Virus record (IMG/VR): IMGVR_UViG_3300023180_000377
Span: 1-24,764 of that record
Direction: 5' to 3' (one strand)
DNA from: a virus
Taxonomy: Duplodnaviria; Caudoviricetes
DNA: 24,764 nucleotides
The first letter of the stretch is position 1. Every line of letters begins with the position of its first letter. Below, in pieces: positions 1 through 8,766 of the stretch. The notes under the pieces were generated by a model that had not been told where the DNA came from, did not search any database, and saw nothing but the letters and a program-made list of their open reading frames with translations. The position numbers were made by a program, and so were the translations under genes.

Positions 1-1379
1 TCTTCGGCCAGAAGACGGCGGCCGGTGCTGCAACCGCAGACACCCCGGTGCTGGTGACGAGCGAGAGCTCGGCCATCACGCTATTTGGCCAGGGCTCGCA
101 AGCGCATTTGATGTGCAAGCGAGCACTCGCGAACAATCGCACCATCCCGCTTTACGTCATCCCGCTCGACGATGACGGTGGAGCGACTCAGGCTACCGGA
201 ACCATCACGGTGAGCGTGACCACAGCGGAGGCCGGCACCATCGCTCTGTATGTGGCCGGCCAGAAGGTGAGCGTTGCGGTTGCCGATGGCGATGCAGATA
301 CCGCCATCGCGAGCGCGATTGAATCGGCCATCAATGCCAACAATGACCTTCCCCTAACGGCTTCGGCTGCGCTTGCGGTGGTCACCCTGACTGCGAAGAA
401 CGCTGGCACGGTTGGCAATGAGCTCGACCTTCGCCAAAACTACTTCGGGCTCGCCGGTGGAGAATCCACCCCGGTTGGCGTATCGCTCGCCATCGTGGCC
501 ATGGCTGGCGGGGCAACGGACCCAAGCCTGACCAATGCCATCGCATCGATGGGCGACACGGGCTATGATTACATTGCGTTTCCGTACACCAGCGCAACCG
601 AGCTCAACGCGATCGGCGCGGAGCTTGACGACACGGATTCGGGCCGGTGGGGCAAACTGCGCCAGGTATACGGTCACGCTTTCGCGTGCAAGGTTGACAG
701 CCTGGCCAACCTGACGACCTTCGGAGCTACGCGCAACGACCAGCACGTCAGCGTGCTTGGCTTGGCTTCATGCCCGTCGCCATCCTTTGAGGTTGCAGCG
801 GCTCTGATGAGCGTAGCGGCTGGCTCGCTTTCGGCGCGTCCCGCCAACCCCATCAGCAAAGCGGCGTTCGCTGGCATCCTTGGACCGTCGCAAACGGACC
901 GATTCACGGCCACGGAGCGCAATACGCTCTTGAACAATGGCCTTGCTTCGGCGCTGGTAAGCACCACTGGTCAAGTCTCGGTTGACCTATGCGCGACTAC
1001 CTATCAGCAGGACGCGCTTGGCAACGATGATGACGCTTACTTCCAGGTTCAGACCCTTGCCACCAACCAAGCGCTTCTTCGGGTGTGGAAGCAGCGCAGT
1101 GCCAAGTATGCTGAATTTAGCTTGGTGAGCGATGACAAGCGGCTTCGCGCGGGTGTGTCCAAGGTCACAACCGCCAAGAAGGTGGTTGGCGATGTGCTCA
1201 TCGGTGGCTATCGCGAAGGCATCCGAAACGGCTGGGTGGAAGATATGGACGGATTCGTTGAGCGGCTCAACTGGTCGCTTCAAGGCTCGCGTATCGTGGT
1301 GAGCGAGCTCCCAGCCGACCTGGCCAACCCACTGAGGCAATGGGATGTGACCCTTGCCTTCCAACTCGACTTCTCATAG
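1..1379 (+). CDS. Mu gpL-like contractile tail sheath protein (5' truncated)
   Basis: Frame is open from base 3 (FGQKTAAGAATADTPV...), so the true start is upstream of the window. Sheath-like motifs: VTLTAKNAGTVGN, AMAGGATDP, YDYIAFPY, DRFTATERNTLLNNG, TTYQQDALG. Followed by the tube gene. Confidence 0.93.
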   Translation, partial: FGQKTAAGAATADTPVLVTSESSAITLFGQGSQAHLMCKRALANNRTIPLYVIPLDDDGGATQATGTITVSVTTAEAGTIALYVAGQKVSVAVADGDADTAIASAIESAINANNDLPLTASAALAVVTLTAKNAGTVGNELDLRQNYFGLAGGESTPVGVSLAIVAMAGGATDPSLTNAIASMGDTGYDYIAFPYTSATELNAIGAELDDTDSGRWGKLRQVYGHAFACKVDSLANLTTFGATRNDQHVSVLGLASCPSPSFEVAAALMSVAAGSLSARPANPISKAAFAGILGPSQTDRFTATERNTLLNNGLASALVSTTGQVSVDLCATTYQQDALGNDDDAYFQVQTLATNQALLRVWKQRSAKYAEFSLVSDDKRLRAGVSKVTTAKKVVGDVLIGGYREGIRNGWVEDMDGFVERLNWSLQGSRIVVSELPADLANPLRQWDVTLAFQLDFS

Positions 1380-1390
1380 GAGCTTAGACA

Positions 1391-1759
1391 ATGGCTGTGA
1401 AACTTGCAGGGACCCTGAGCTTCGACCTTAACGGCCGAATCGCGAGCATCGGCGCAAGCTGCACGGTGCAGGCTCAACGCGCCGTCAACGAGGGCAAAGT
1501 GGGCCAAAGCGGTCGCGGTGGCTTCATTGAGCGGCCTTCTATCCCGTTTATCGAAGCAGAGCTTCTGACCGATGATGTTGAGATGGAAGACTATCTGGCC
1601 GGCCTGACCAATGGCACCGTTCAGATTGACCTTGCCAACGGCGAGTCATGGGTCTTCAACAATGCCTATGCCGCTGGTGAGCGTCCGGCCGATGCGGTCG
1701 AAGGTACGCGCACCATCCGGATTGAGTGTATGCCGCAGGACCTTGACCGGAACTTCTAA
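1391..1759 (+). CDS. Mu gpM-like tail tube protein
   Basis: AGGAG RBS before ATG. 122 aa directly after the sheath, with LAGTLSFDLNG, GFIERPSIPFIEAEL and TVQIDLANG-x-WVFNNA. Confidence 0.88.
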   Translation: MAVKLAGTLSFDLNGRIASIGASCTVQAQRAVNEGKVGQSGRGGFIERPSIPFIEAELLTDDVEMEDYLAGLTNGTVQIDLANGESWVFNNAYAAGERPADAVEGTRTIRIECMPQDLDRNF

Positions 1760-2061
1760 TGCCTCGAGGATACATACCACCAAAGAACGCGGTGGCATCA
1801 TGCCGTCTTCGCAAGCCCATCATGGTCTACGGTGAAGAAGTGCATGAGCTCTTTTTCAAGACGGCCACGCTGCGGGATGTGAAAGGCGTGGATATGGGGG
1901 CCATTGAGAAGGGCAACCTTGACGCCATGGCCACGCTCATCGCGCGGCTTGCGGACGTTCCAGAGCCTAGCGCGGAGAACATCGCCGTTGCAGATATCGA
2001 AATGTGCGCGGAGCCTATCGGGGTGGCTCTTAACCCTTTCGCGCAATCTGGCTCGAGCTAG
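1759..2061 (+). CDS. Tail assembly chaperone (Mu gp41 / P2 E-like)
   Basis: TAATG coupling to the tube gene. L-x-KPI-x-VYGEEVHELFF and LIARLADVP...I-x-VADI pattern. Sits between tube and tape measure. Confidence 0.85.
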   Translation: MPRGYIPPKNAVASCRLRKPIMVYGEEVHELFFKTATLRDVKGVDMGAIEKGNLDAMATLIARLADVPEPSAENIAVADIEMCAEPIGVALNPFAQSGSS

Positions 2062-2198
2062 GAGAACGCCAACTAGACCAGAGCATAGCAAATATGGTGC
2101 GGTTTTGGGGCTGGTCGCCGCATGATGTCTTTGATATGACGGCCAGTGAATTTTTGTTTTGGATGCGGGAGACCTTGAGGATTGCCAAAGAAACTTGA
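2034..2198 (+). CDS. -1 frameshift extension of the tail chaperone (GpE/E'-like); fusion about 146 aa
   Basis: Slippery heptamer C CCT TTC at 2034-2040 is in frame with the chaperone. The -1 frame reads RAIWLELGERQLDQSIANMVRFWGWSPHDVFDMTASEFLFWMRETLRIAKET*, ending at TGA 2196-2198. Confidence 0.82.
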   Translation, partial: PFRAIWLELGERQLDQSIANMVRFWGWSPHDVFDMTASEFLFWMRETLRIAKET

Positions 2199-3648
2199 AA
2201 TAAGTGGGGTTCTCAAGGCGCAAGATAAGGCATCGACGCCACTGCGACGGGCAGCGGCTAAGATTCGGCGCTCGATGGGTCGCACGATGCGGTCCGTTGG
2301 TGGCGCGGTGGCCGACGTTGGCGCGAAGCTCACTGGCTTGGTGGCCAAGGCTGGCATGCTTGGAACGGGTGCGGCCATCGGAGGCGTCACAGCTTGGACC
2401 AAGAGCTATGTTGACGCCGGTGACGAGCTCAACAAATTCAGCCGCACCATCGGCCTAAGCGCTCAACGGCTTCAAGAGTTCGAGTTCATCGGTGGTCGGC
2501 AGGGTGTCACGGCTCAAGAGCTTCGCGCGGCCTTTCAGAAGCTCAATATGTCGATGGGCAAGGCACGCGCCGGAACCGGCGAGCTGGCCGAAGGGCTGAA
2601 GAAGGTTGACAAGGGCCTTCTAAGGCAGGTTCAAGGCGCGAAGAACACAGAGCAAGCCATTGACATCGTGCTTGGCGCCATGGCGAAGGAGACCGACGCT
2701 TTCAAGCGTTCGGCCATCGCTCAAGCGGCTTTTGGCGAAAGCGGGGTAAAGCTGGCGCGCATCAGCGAGCTTGGCGCGGAAGGCATCGAAAAGCTCGCGA
2801 AGGAGGCACGCGAGAGCGGCGCGGTAATGAGCGGCAAAGCGCTCAAGCAAACCGAGCAGATGAGCGACGCGATACAGCGGCTCAAAGAGCAGTTCAAGGC
2901 CACCACCAACACAGTGATGAGTCAGCTTTTGCCCGTGCTCGAACCACTGATACGGCGCTTTGGTGAGTGGCTAAAAGTGGCAGGCAATCAAGAGAAGATT
3001 GCGCGGTATGTGAAAGACTTTGTGCAGGCTGTGATTGATGGGGTGCCCAAGGTGGTCGCTTGGGTCAAAGAGGCCATCGGGACAGTCAGTAAGTTCATTG
3101 ATGACATGGGTGGCTTGAAGACCGTGGCCATTGCGCTGGGCGTGGCGTTGGCCGGTCCAATCCTGGCCAACTTTGCCAAGTTCGGCATTGGCGCGGTCGC
3201 GGCGCTGGGTCCGGTAGGCGTGGCCATCGCCGGCCTGACGGCTGCGGCGGTGTATTTCAAAGACACCATCAAAGATGCTTACGACTTCGCGACCGGAAGA
3301 GACCCCGTGGCCGAAGCTCAACGCAAGACGGGCGCGGTTGCGACCATCACGGAAGATTACTCTGATCCCATGGGCTTATTTGCCGGTGAGCGAACGGCAG
3401 GCCGGCGCGCACGAACAAAAGCCCAAACTGAAGCGGCAGGCGGAACCTTTGTAGACCCTGGAGACTGGGCGGCTGAGCTTTTAGCCTTTGAGCAACGAAA
3501 GGCTCGCATGAAGGCTGAAGAGATGAAGGGCACCGTTGATGTCAACGTGAAGGTTGACGGTGGAACGGTGACGAGCACGGTTGCGAAAGGCTCACCGCGT
3601 TTGGCCGTTAGCGGCAAGGCCAAAGGCCAGCGCAAGGCGGCTCAATAG
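2182..3648 (+). CDS. Tape measure protein
   Basis: TTG start. N-terminal LKAQDKASTPLR, long Ala/Gly/Lys-rich helical body, central hydrophobic segments. Position after the chaperone. Confidence 0.88.
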   Translation: MPKKLEISGVLKAQDKASTPLRRAAAKIRRSMGRTMRSVGGAVADVGAKLTGLVAKAGMLGTGAAIGGVTAWTKSYVDAGDELNKFSRTIGLSAQRLQEFEFIGGRQGVTAQELRAAFQKLNMSMGKARAGTGELAEGLKKVDKGLLRQVQGAKNTEQAIDIVLGAMAKETDAFKRSAIAQAAFGESGVKLARISELGAEGIEKLAKEARESGAVMSGKALKQTEQMSDAIQRLKEQFKATTNTVMSQLLPVLEPLIRRFGEWLKVAGNQEKIARYVKDFVQAVIDGVPKVVAWVKEAIGTVSKFIDDMGGLKTVAIALGVALAGPILANFAKFGIGAVAALGPVGVAIAGLTAAAVYFKDTIKDAYDFATGRDPVAEAQRKTGAVATITEDYSDPMGLFAGERTAGRRARTKAQTEAAGGTFVDPGDWAAELLAFEQRKARMKAEEMKGTVDVNVKVDGGTVTSTVAKGSPRLAVSGKAKGQRKAAQ

Positions 3649-4808
3649 TGGCGTGGCGCGACCAGCTAAGGCCAGCCAGCTTTCGCGGTGTGCCGTTCGA
3701 GACCGAAAGCGCAAGCGCTGAGTTCGGGCGTGACGGCGTGCTCCAAGAGCCGGTTGGTGATGATGGCGTTTACTTCGACGACCTTGGGCGAAAGACGCGC
3801 ATTTATCGATTATCAGGCTTCATCATCGCTCAAGATGCCGATGCCAACGATTACAGCCGGCGAAGGGATGCGCTCATCGCAGCGGTTGAAGAGCGGGGCC
3901 CTGGAACGCTGGTCCATCCAACCTTTGGCACCCTTACCGCGCAACTGCTTTCATGCTCAATCAATGAGACGATTGACGAAGGCAGAGCGGCCACCTTCGA
4001 GCTCGAGTTTGCCGAAGTGGGTGGCCAGCGGCCGTTCCCAGCGCAATCGGTTGACCAGCCGGCCATCGTGGGCCAGAAAGCAGACCAGCTCCAAACGACA
4101 TCCGTTACCGAATACGAAGCGAAGTACAGCACCACCGGGCCGGATTACGTGGGCCAAGCTGGCCAAGACGCCAAGAGCGAGCAAAGCACGCGCATCATTG
4201 ATGCCGTTAGGGCATCGCTTAGCAGCGCGCAAGATAGCGCGGAAGCCTTGCGGCTGGCTTCAACGCTGACAACGGCCGAAAGTTTCCCAGGCACATTAGC
4301 AAGCATTGGCGATGCCATCGGGGACCGCGCGACGCTTCAAGGCATAGTGGCAAGCATTGAGCCGACCACGTTAAGCGCTACCGGCACAACGAACGAGCGC
4401 CAAGCTCAACAGAACGCGCGCATTGTAGATATAGTGACGCGCACGGTGCTCTTTGCAGCCGCGTGCGATGCTGCGGCGAGCGAGACGTTCACGGCTTTTG
4501 ATGATGCGGTGGCAGCGCGTGACGAGCTCGAGGCGCTGGCCGATGCCGACGAAGCGCGCGACGATGTGCTTGATGAGCTTCATGCGGCCATCCGTCAAAT
4601 GCGCTTGGCGATGTGGGATGACCTGACCAATCGAGCGTTGCAGCTTCCAAGGGTGGTGACGTATACGCCACCGGGGGTGACTTCAGCGATGGAGATTGCT
4701 CAATTTCTCTATGGTGACGGCTCGCGAGCGGATGAGATTATCGCCCGCAATAACATCCCTCATCCCGGCTTTGTGTCGCCTGAGCCGCTGCAAGTGTTGA
4801 GCGAATGA
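3648..4808 (+). CDS. Mu gpN/gp43-like DNA circularisation / tail protein with C-terminal LysM-like domain
   Basis: N-terminal MAWRDQLRPASFRGVPF, GPGTLVHPTFG, and C-terminal LYGDGSRADEIIARNNIPHPGFV. Confidence 0.93.
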   Translation: MAWRDQLRPASFRGVPFETESASAEFGRDGVLQEPVGDDGVYFDDLGRKTRIYRLSGFIIAQDADANDYSRRRDALIAAVEERGPGTLVHPTFGTLTAQLLSCSINETIDEGRAATFELEFAEVGGQRPFPAQSVDQPAIVGQKADQLQTTSVTEYEAKYSTTGPDYVGQAGQDAKSEQSTRIIDAVRASLSSAQDSAEALRLASTLTTAESFPGTLASIGDAIGDRATLQGIVASIEPTTLSATGTTNERQAQQNARIVDIVTRTVLFAAACDAAASETFTAFDDAVAARDELEALADADEARDDVLDELHAAIRQMRLAMWDDLTNRALQLPRVVTYTPPGVTSAMEIAQFLYGDGSRADEIIARNNIPHPGFVSPEPLQVLSE

Positions 4809-5989
4809 GCGTCATTACGCTTCATGTTGCAGGGGTGGAGCTTGGCGGGTGGACCTCGATACGGGTAAGCGCATCGCTCGAAAGCGCGGCGCGCACCTTT
4901 GGCTTCGAGCTGGCTACGGCTGATGAGTTCAAGCTGGCGAGCGGATGGGTCCGGCCAGGGACCAAGGCCGTGGTAAAGATTGACGGTGAGCCAGTGGTCA
5001 CCGGCTACGCCACCGGATGCGACTATAGCTATGACAAGCGAAGCACCACCTTCACGGTTGAAGGTGCTTCGAAGACGATTGACTTGGTGGAATCGGACAT
5101 CATCACCAAGCCGAATCGATGGCGCCGGCGCACGCTGAAGCAAATCATCTTGGGATTGATTACCATTCACGGCATCGAGCTTGTTATTGATTCGACGGTT
5201 GACGGCAACACCAGAGTTCCACGCTTCAAAGTGGCGCAAGGCTCAAAGGTGTTCGATGCCATTGATGATTTGGTTGAAGATTACGGCCTTTTGGTTACCG
5301 ATGACGAGCAAGGCCGGCTGGTGTTAACGCGGGTGCTCGAGGATGACCCACCGAAGCGGGCAGAAGACGACATCCAGCTTGGCACGGGTGGCAATGTCTT
5401 AACCGGCTCTTTCCGGGCGGATGGCTCCGGCCTGTTTTCTGATTATGTATGCCGTGGCCAGCAAACTCCGGCCGATGGCCTAAAGGCCGATGGCATCGCG
5501 CTGGTCTCTGGAAGCGTCACAGACCAAACGATTGGCCGATACCGGCCGTTACTCATCCGACCTGAAAAGGGTATCGACCGAAAGCGCGCTCTTGAGATGG
5601 CGCGCTGGCGCGCTGCTAACGCTTCGGGCACGGCTGCGCTCGCTACCTATACCGTCGGCGGTTGGAGGCAAAGCAACGGGGAACTCTGGAAGCCTGGCCA
5701 GCTCGTCACGGTGGACGATGAACGTTGCGGCATCTTTGCAGAGATGTTGATCGTCGATGTCGATTACCTCAAAGACCGCTCGAGCGGCGAAGTCTGCCAG
5801 ATGCAGCTAAGGCCACCGGCCGCATATGTGAGGCTGGGTCCAGATGAGCGAAAGGCCAAGCGGAGCAAGGCGAAACGCCGAAAACTCCCAGCATTAGCGG
5901 ACACCGTTACCTTGTATGTCGATGCCGACGACAAGCGGCGGCAGCAAGTTTTGGCCGATGCGCCAGCCACGGTGAAGCGGGTGGAATGA
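4805..5989 (+). CDS. Mu gpP/gp44-like baseplate hub protein
   Basis: GWTSIRVSASLE-x-AARTF, V-x-IDGEPVVTGY, SKTIDLV, RYRPLLI, GWRQSNGELWKPGQLV. ATGA coupling. Confidence 0.92.
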   Translation: MSVITLHVAGVELGGWTSIRVSASLESAARTFGFELATADEFKLASGWVRPGTKAVVKIDGEPVVTGYATGCDYSYDKRSTTFTVEGASKTIDLVESDIITKPNRWRRRTLKQIILGLITIHGIELVIDSTVDGNTRVPRFKVAQGSKVFDAIDDLVEDYGLLVTDDEQGRLVLTRVLEDDPPKRAEDDIQLGTGGNVLTGSFRADGSGLFSDYVCRGQQTPADGLKADGIALVSGSVTDQTIGRYRPLLIRPEKGIDRKRALEMARWRAANASGTAALATYTVGGWRQSNGELWKPGQLVTVDDERCGIFAEMLIVDVDYLKDRSSGEVCQMQLRPPAAYVRLGPDERKAKRSKAKRRKLPALADTVTLYVDADDKRRQQVLADAPATVKRVE

Positions 5990-6555
5990 TGCGCGAGATG
6001 ATGAATGCCTATGTGGCCAAGCTCAAAGGCTTGATTTTGCGGGCGGTGGTTTCGCGCGTCGATGAAGGCCACCGCTTCAGGTTGCTTCAATTGCAGATTC
6101 TTGCAGACGACGAAGACGATGAGGTTGAGCACCTTGAGCCTTACGGATACAGCGCCCGCCCGGTTGACGCGGATGCCGATGGCTCACCGGAAAGCATTAT
6201 TGCCGCATTGAGCGCCAGCGCGGATCAAAACGTGGCGCTGGTGGTGGCCGATAGACGCTACCGGCCGCAAAACCTACAACCGGGTGAGGTTGTGATGTAT
6301 GATGCGAGTGGCCAGGTGGTGAAGCTCATGGCCGACCGAGTTGAGCTAGATGGCGCGGGCAACGAGATTCATCTCGGCGCGGGAGCAACAAAAGGCGTGA
6401 ATCGAGAGGGTGACAACGTGTTAAGCAATGGAGCGATTGACCCGCCGTTTTTCGCCTGGGTCACGGCCGTCGCATTGGCCACCAGCACAACGGCGCCGAC
6501 ATCATTGACCAGCCGGACACAAGCCGGCTCGAGCATCGTGAAGGCGGTTGACTGA
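5986..6555 (+). CDS. Mu gp45-like baseplate spike
   Basis: VEHLEPYGYSARP and VADRRYRP-x-L-x-PGEVVMYD motifs. Follows gp44. Confidence 0.9.
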   Translation: MMREMMNAYVAKLKGLILRAVVSRVDEGHRFRLLQLQILADDEDDEVEHLEPYGYSARPVDADADGSPESIIAALSASADQNVALVVADRRYRPQNLQPGEVVMYDASGQVVKLMADRVELDGAGNEIHLGAGATKGVNREGDNVLSNGAIDPPFFAWVTAVALATSTTAPTSLTSRTQAGSSIVKAVD

Positions 6556-7538
6556 TGGCCGAATACCCTGGAAGCGCTTACACCCCGAACCCGCAGAGCA
6601 CGGCGAACGATAGCCCTGGTGATGCGACGGTGGCGAACGGTGCCGATTACAATAAGCACGATGATGAGATACAGGCCATTAGCGATGACTTGCGGGGTGC
6701 GATAGCGGCTGCTACCGGCGCGAACATCACCGAGGTTGTCACCAACCTGGCCGCATCGGCGCTCACCACTCCGGGGGTGGGAAACACTACACCGGGAGAC
6801 TTGGCGCTTTGGGACGATGCCGATGGCACGGCGCTGCGCCAGGGCAACCAAGTCTTCAACGGTATCCGGGTGGATAACCAGAGCTCCAACCCGTTGAGCA
6901 TTGGCGAGAACACCGGAGAGATTAACTCTACTAACGGCAACCTTTCGGTGATTGCCGACAATGCGCTCTTTCTTCAATCGAACGGCGATGACCTTTACCT
7001 CGATGCCGGTGGCTTTATCCGCATCACCGATGCGAATAAAGGCGGCTCCACCTATGCCGGTAGCTTCAACCTAAGCGATTCAGACCAAGAGTGGAGCGAC
7101 TACGAAAGCGCTTTTGGAGAGGTTACGCTTCTGGCCGGCATCCTGGCCGCTGCGGCTCCAGAGCAGCAACAGCAAATTGCCTCGAATGAAGTGGTTGAGA
7201 ACCCTTCCGGCACCGTCACCATCGGCCAATTCGCCTTCGATGCCAGCCTTTACGAAGACCGGTACAGCACGTTCCGCCTTCGCGTGGTGGCTTCGGTGAG
7301 TGCGGCCGTCACCGGCACCGTTACGCTATACAACCTGACCGATGCGGAGACGGTTGCGACCATCGGAACTATCACCAGTACGGCTCCAACCAAGTACGAT
7401 GCAACGCTGACCGTGGGGGCTTTGGCCGGCAATCTCAAGCAAGCTGAAAAGATTTACGAAGTGCGGGCCAGCGTCACTGGCTCGACTAGTGCAGACATCA
7501 TCACCGTAGGCGGGGCTTTCATGTCCCTCAGTGCATAG
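6555..7538 (+). CDS. Putative virion appendage / fibre-like protein (inserted between gp45 and gp46)
   Basis: TGATG coupling to the spike. Thr/Ala/Gly/Asn-rich. N-terminus YPGS...ADYNKHDDEIQAI resembles fibre anchor segments; the C-terminal domain is beta-rich. The function is inference. Confidence 0.55.
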   Translation: MAEYPGSAYTPNPQSTANDSPGDATVANGADYNKHDDEIQAISDDLRGAIAAATGANITEVVTNLAASALTTPGVGNTTPGDLALWDDADGTALRQGNQVFNGIRVDNQSSNPLSIGENTGEINSTNGNLSVIADNALFLQSNGDDLYLDAGGFIRITDANKGGSTYAGSFNLSDSDQEWSDYESAFGEVTLLAGILAAAAPEQQQQIASNEVVENPSGTVTIGQFAFDASLYEDRYSTFRLRVVASVSAAVTGTVTLYNLTDAETVATIGTITSTAPTKYDATLTVGALAGNLKQAEKIYEVRASVTGSTSADIITVGGAFMSLSA

Positions 7539-7546
7539 GAGCAATC

Positions 7547-8521
7547 ATGGCAACCGTAGGAAGAGGCATCCCCGTTGCAACCGTTGAAGACGTTATGCAC
7601 GCGATATGGGACGAACTAACCAATGACCCCATTTCGACCGGATGGGCAAGCGCTGGCATCACCATTGTAGACGACGGTGGTACGCCAGCCGTGAGCTTGA
7701 ACGGCTCCACGCCAAGCGGAGCCACGCCCACGGGGCCTAGCGACTGGCTTGATGGCAGCTATCTGGTCATCACCGGACCGCACGCCGCAGGCGGCGCCTG
7801 GCAATGCGAGATATCGAAGACGACCGGCGATGATTTGAACTATCGCTTTGCCTTCCGGGGTGGATGGGCGAACGCCACCGAGTTCGCCAGCGCGACCAAC
7901 ACCGTGAACGCAACGCCAATCCGGTGGAACGATAGCCTTGACCCTGGCGCTGGCTCAACGCTCGAGCTCTTTGCTACCAATGATCCGACCTTTGGCGTAG
8001 CGCCAGGACCGACCGGCCAAGCGCTCACATCGTTTGGCGCTCGCATTGTGCTATCAACGGGAGTGAGCGATAGCGGGTTGCTTTGCGGTGGCATTTATCG
8101 ACCAGTGCGCCAGGATGGCGTTGGCGCGGACCCGGATACGCACCCGTGTGCGGTGCTTGGTGGCCAACCGAGCATCATCAACCAAACATCAACCAACACC
8201 TGGGGCTATGCTACGCCTGGATCCAGCTGCCTAAGCCGTTGCGCGGTAGAAAACGCCCACACTACGGCCGACACTTCAACGGCTGGATATGCCGCGTTGC
8301 GCGGCAATTCGGATGTCTTCAACGGCTCAACGCCAAACTTTGTAGACTTCAACGGCAACCACTTAACGCAAAACCTGGTTCTTTGCCGTTCTGACTTTAA
8401 CGGAGCCCAAGGCGAGATATGCCCCGAAATAGCCACCGGCATCGATGACTCGGCCGATGTCGATGGCGCCACCAGCGCCGGCTATCAAAAGGCCGACCAG
8501 ATCATTCTTCGTAAACCATAG
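7547..8521 (+). CDS. Hypothetical protein, probably structural (Gly/Thr-rich, beta-rich)
   Basis: AGGAG RBS. 324 aa ORF inside the tail operon. No family recognised. Confidence 0.6.
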   Translation: MATVGRGIPVATVEDVMHAIWDELTNDPISTGWASAGITIVDDGGTPAVSLNGSTPSGATPTGPSDWLDGSYLVITGPHAAGGAWQCEISKTTGDDLNYRFAFRGGWANATEFASATNTVNATPIRWNDSLDPGAGSTLELFATNDPTFGVAPGPTGQALTSFGARIVLSTGVSDSGLLCGGIYRPVRQDGVGADPDTHPCAVLGGQPSIINQTSTNTWGYATPGSSCLSRCAVENAHTTADTSTAGYAALRGNSDVFNGSTPNFVDFNGNHLTQNLVLCRSDFNGAQGEICPEIATGIDDSADVDGATSAGYQKADQIILRKP

Positions 8522-8529
8522 GATAGGTT

Positions 8530-8766
8530 ATGGCTTTCACATTCCGAACCGGATTGGCTTCCGGCTACTATAGCAGCTCTTGGCGCGTCATTTTGCCCGT
8601 GGCCGCTGGCTCTTCGGATGTGTACTTCAACCGCAAGTTTCACAGCCCCAGCGGAACTTATCACTATTGGCAGACCGATGCGCCGGATCCCACGATGGCG
8701 CAAACGACGCCACCAAACCCGGTGGCCCAGTACACCGATTATGTCATCCTTGAGGTTAGGCGATGA
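8530..8766 (+). CDS. Hypothetical 78-aa protein
   Basis: AGGA RBS. Fills the gap exactly and is ATGA-coupled to gp46. Confidence 0.6.
   Translation: MAFTFRTGLASGYYSSSWRVILPVAAGSSDVYFNRKFHSPSGTYHYWQTDAPDPTMAQTTPPNPVAQYTDYVILEVRR

Noticed and set aside
6369-6977. Long antisense or alternate-frame ORFs (for example 6369-6977, 3688-4269, 13898-14542, 17711-18262, 20252-20869)
   Set aside because: Shadow ORFs of well-supported genes in GC-rich DNA, with no motifs.
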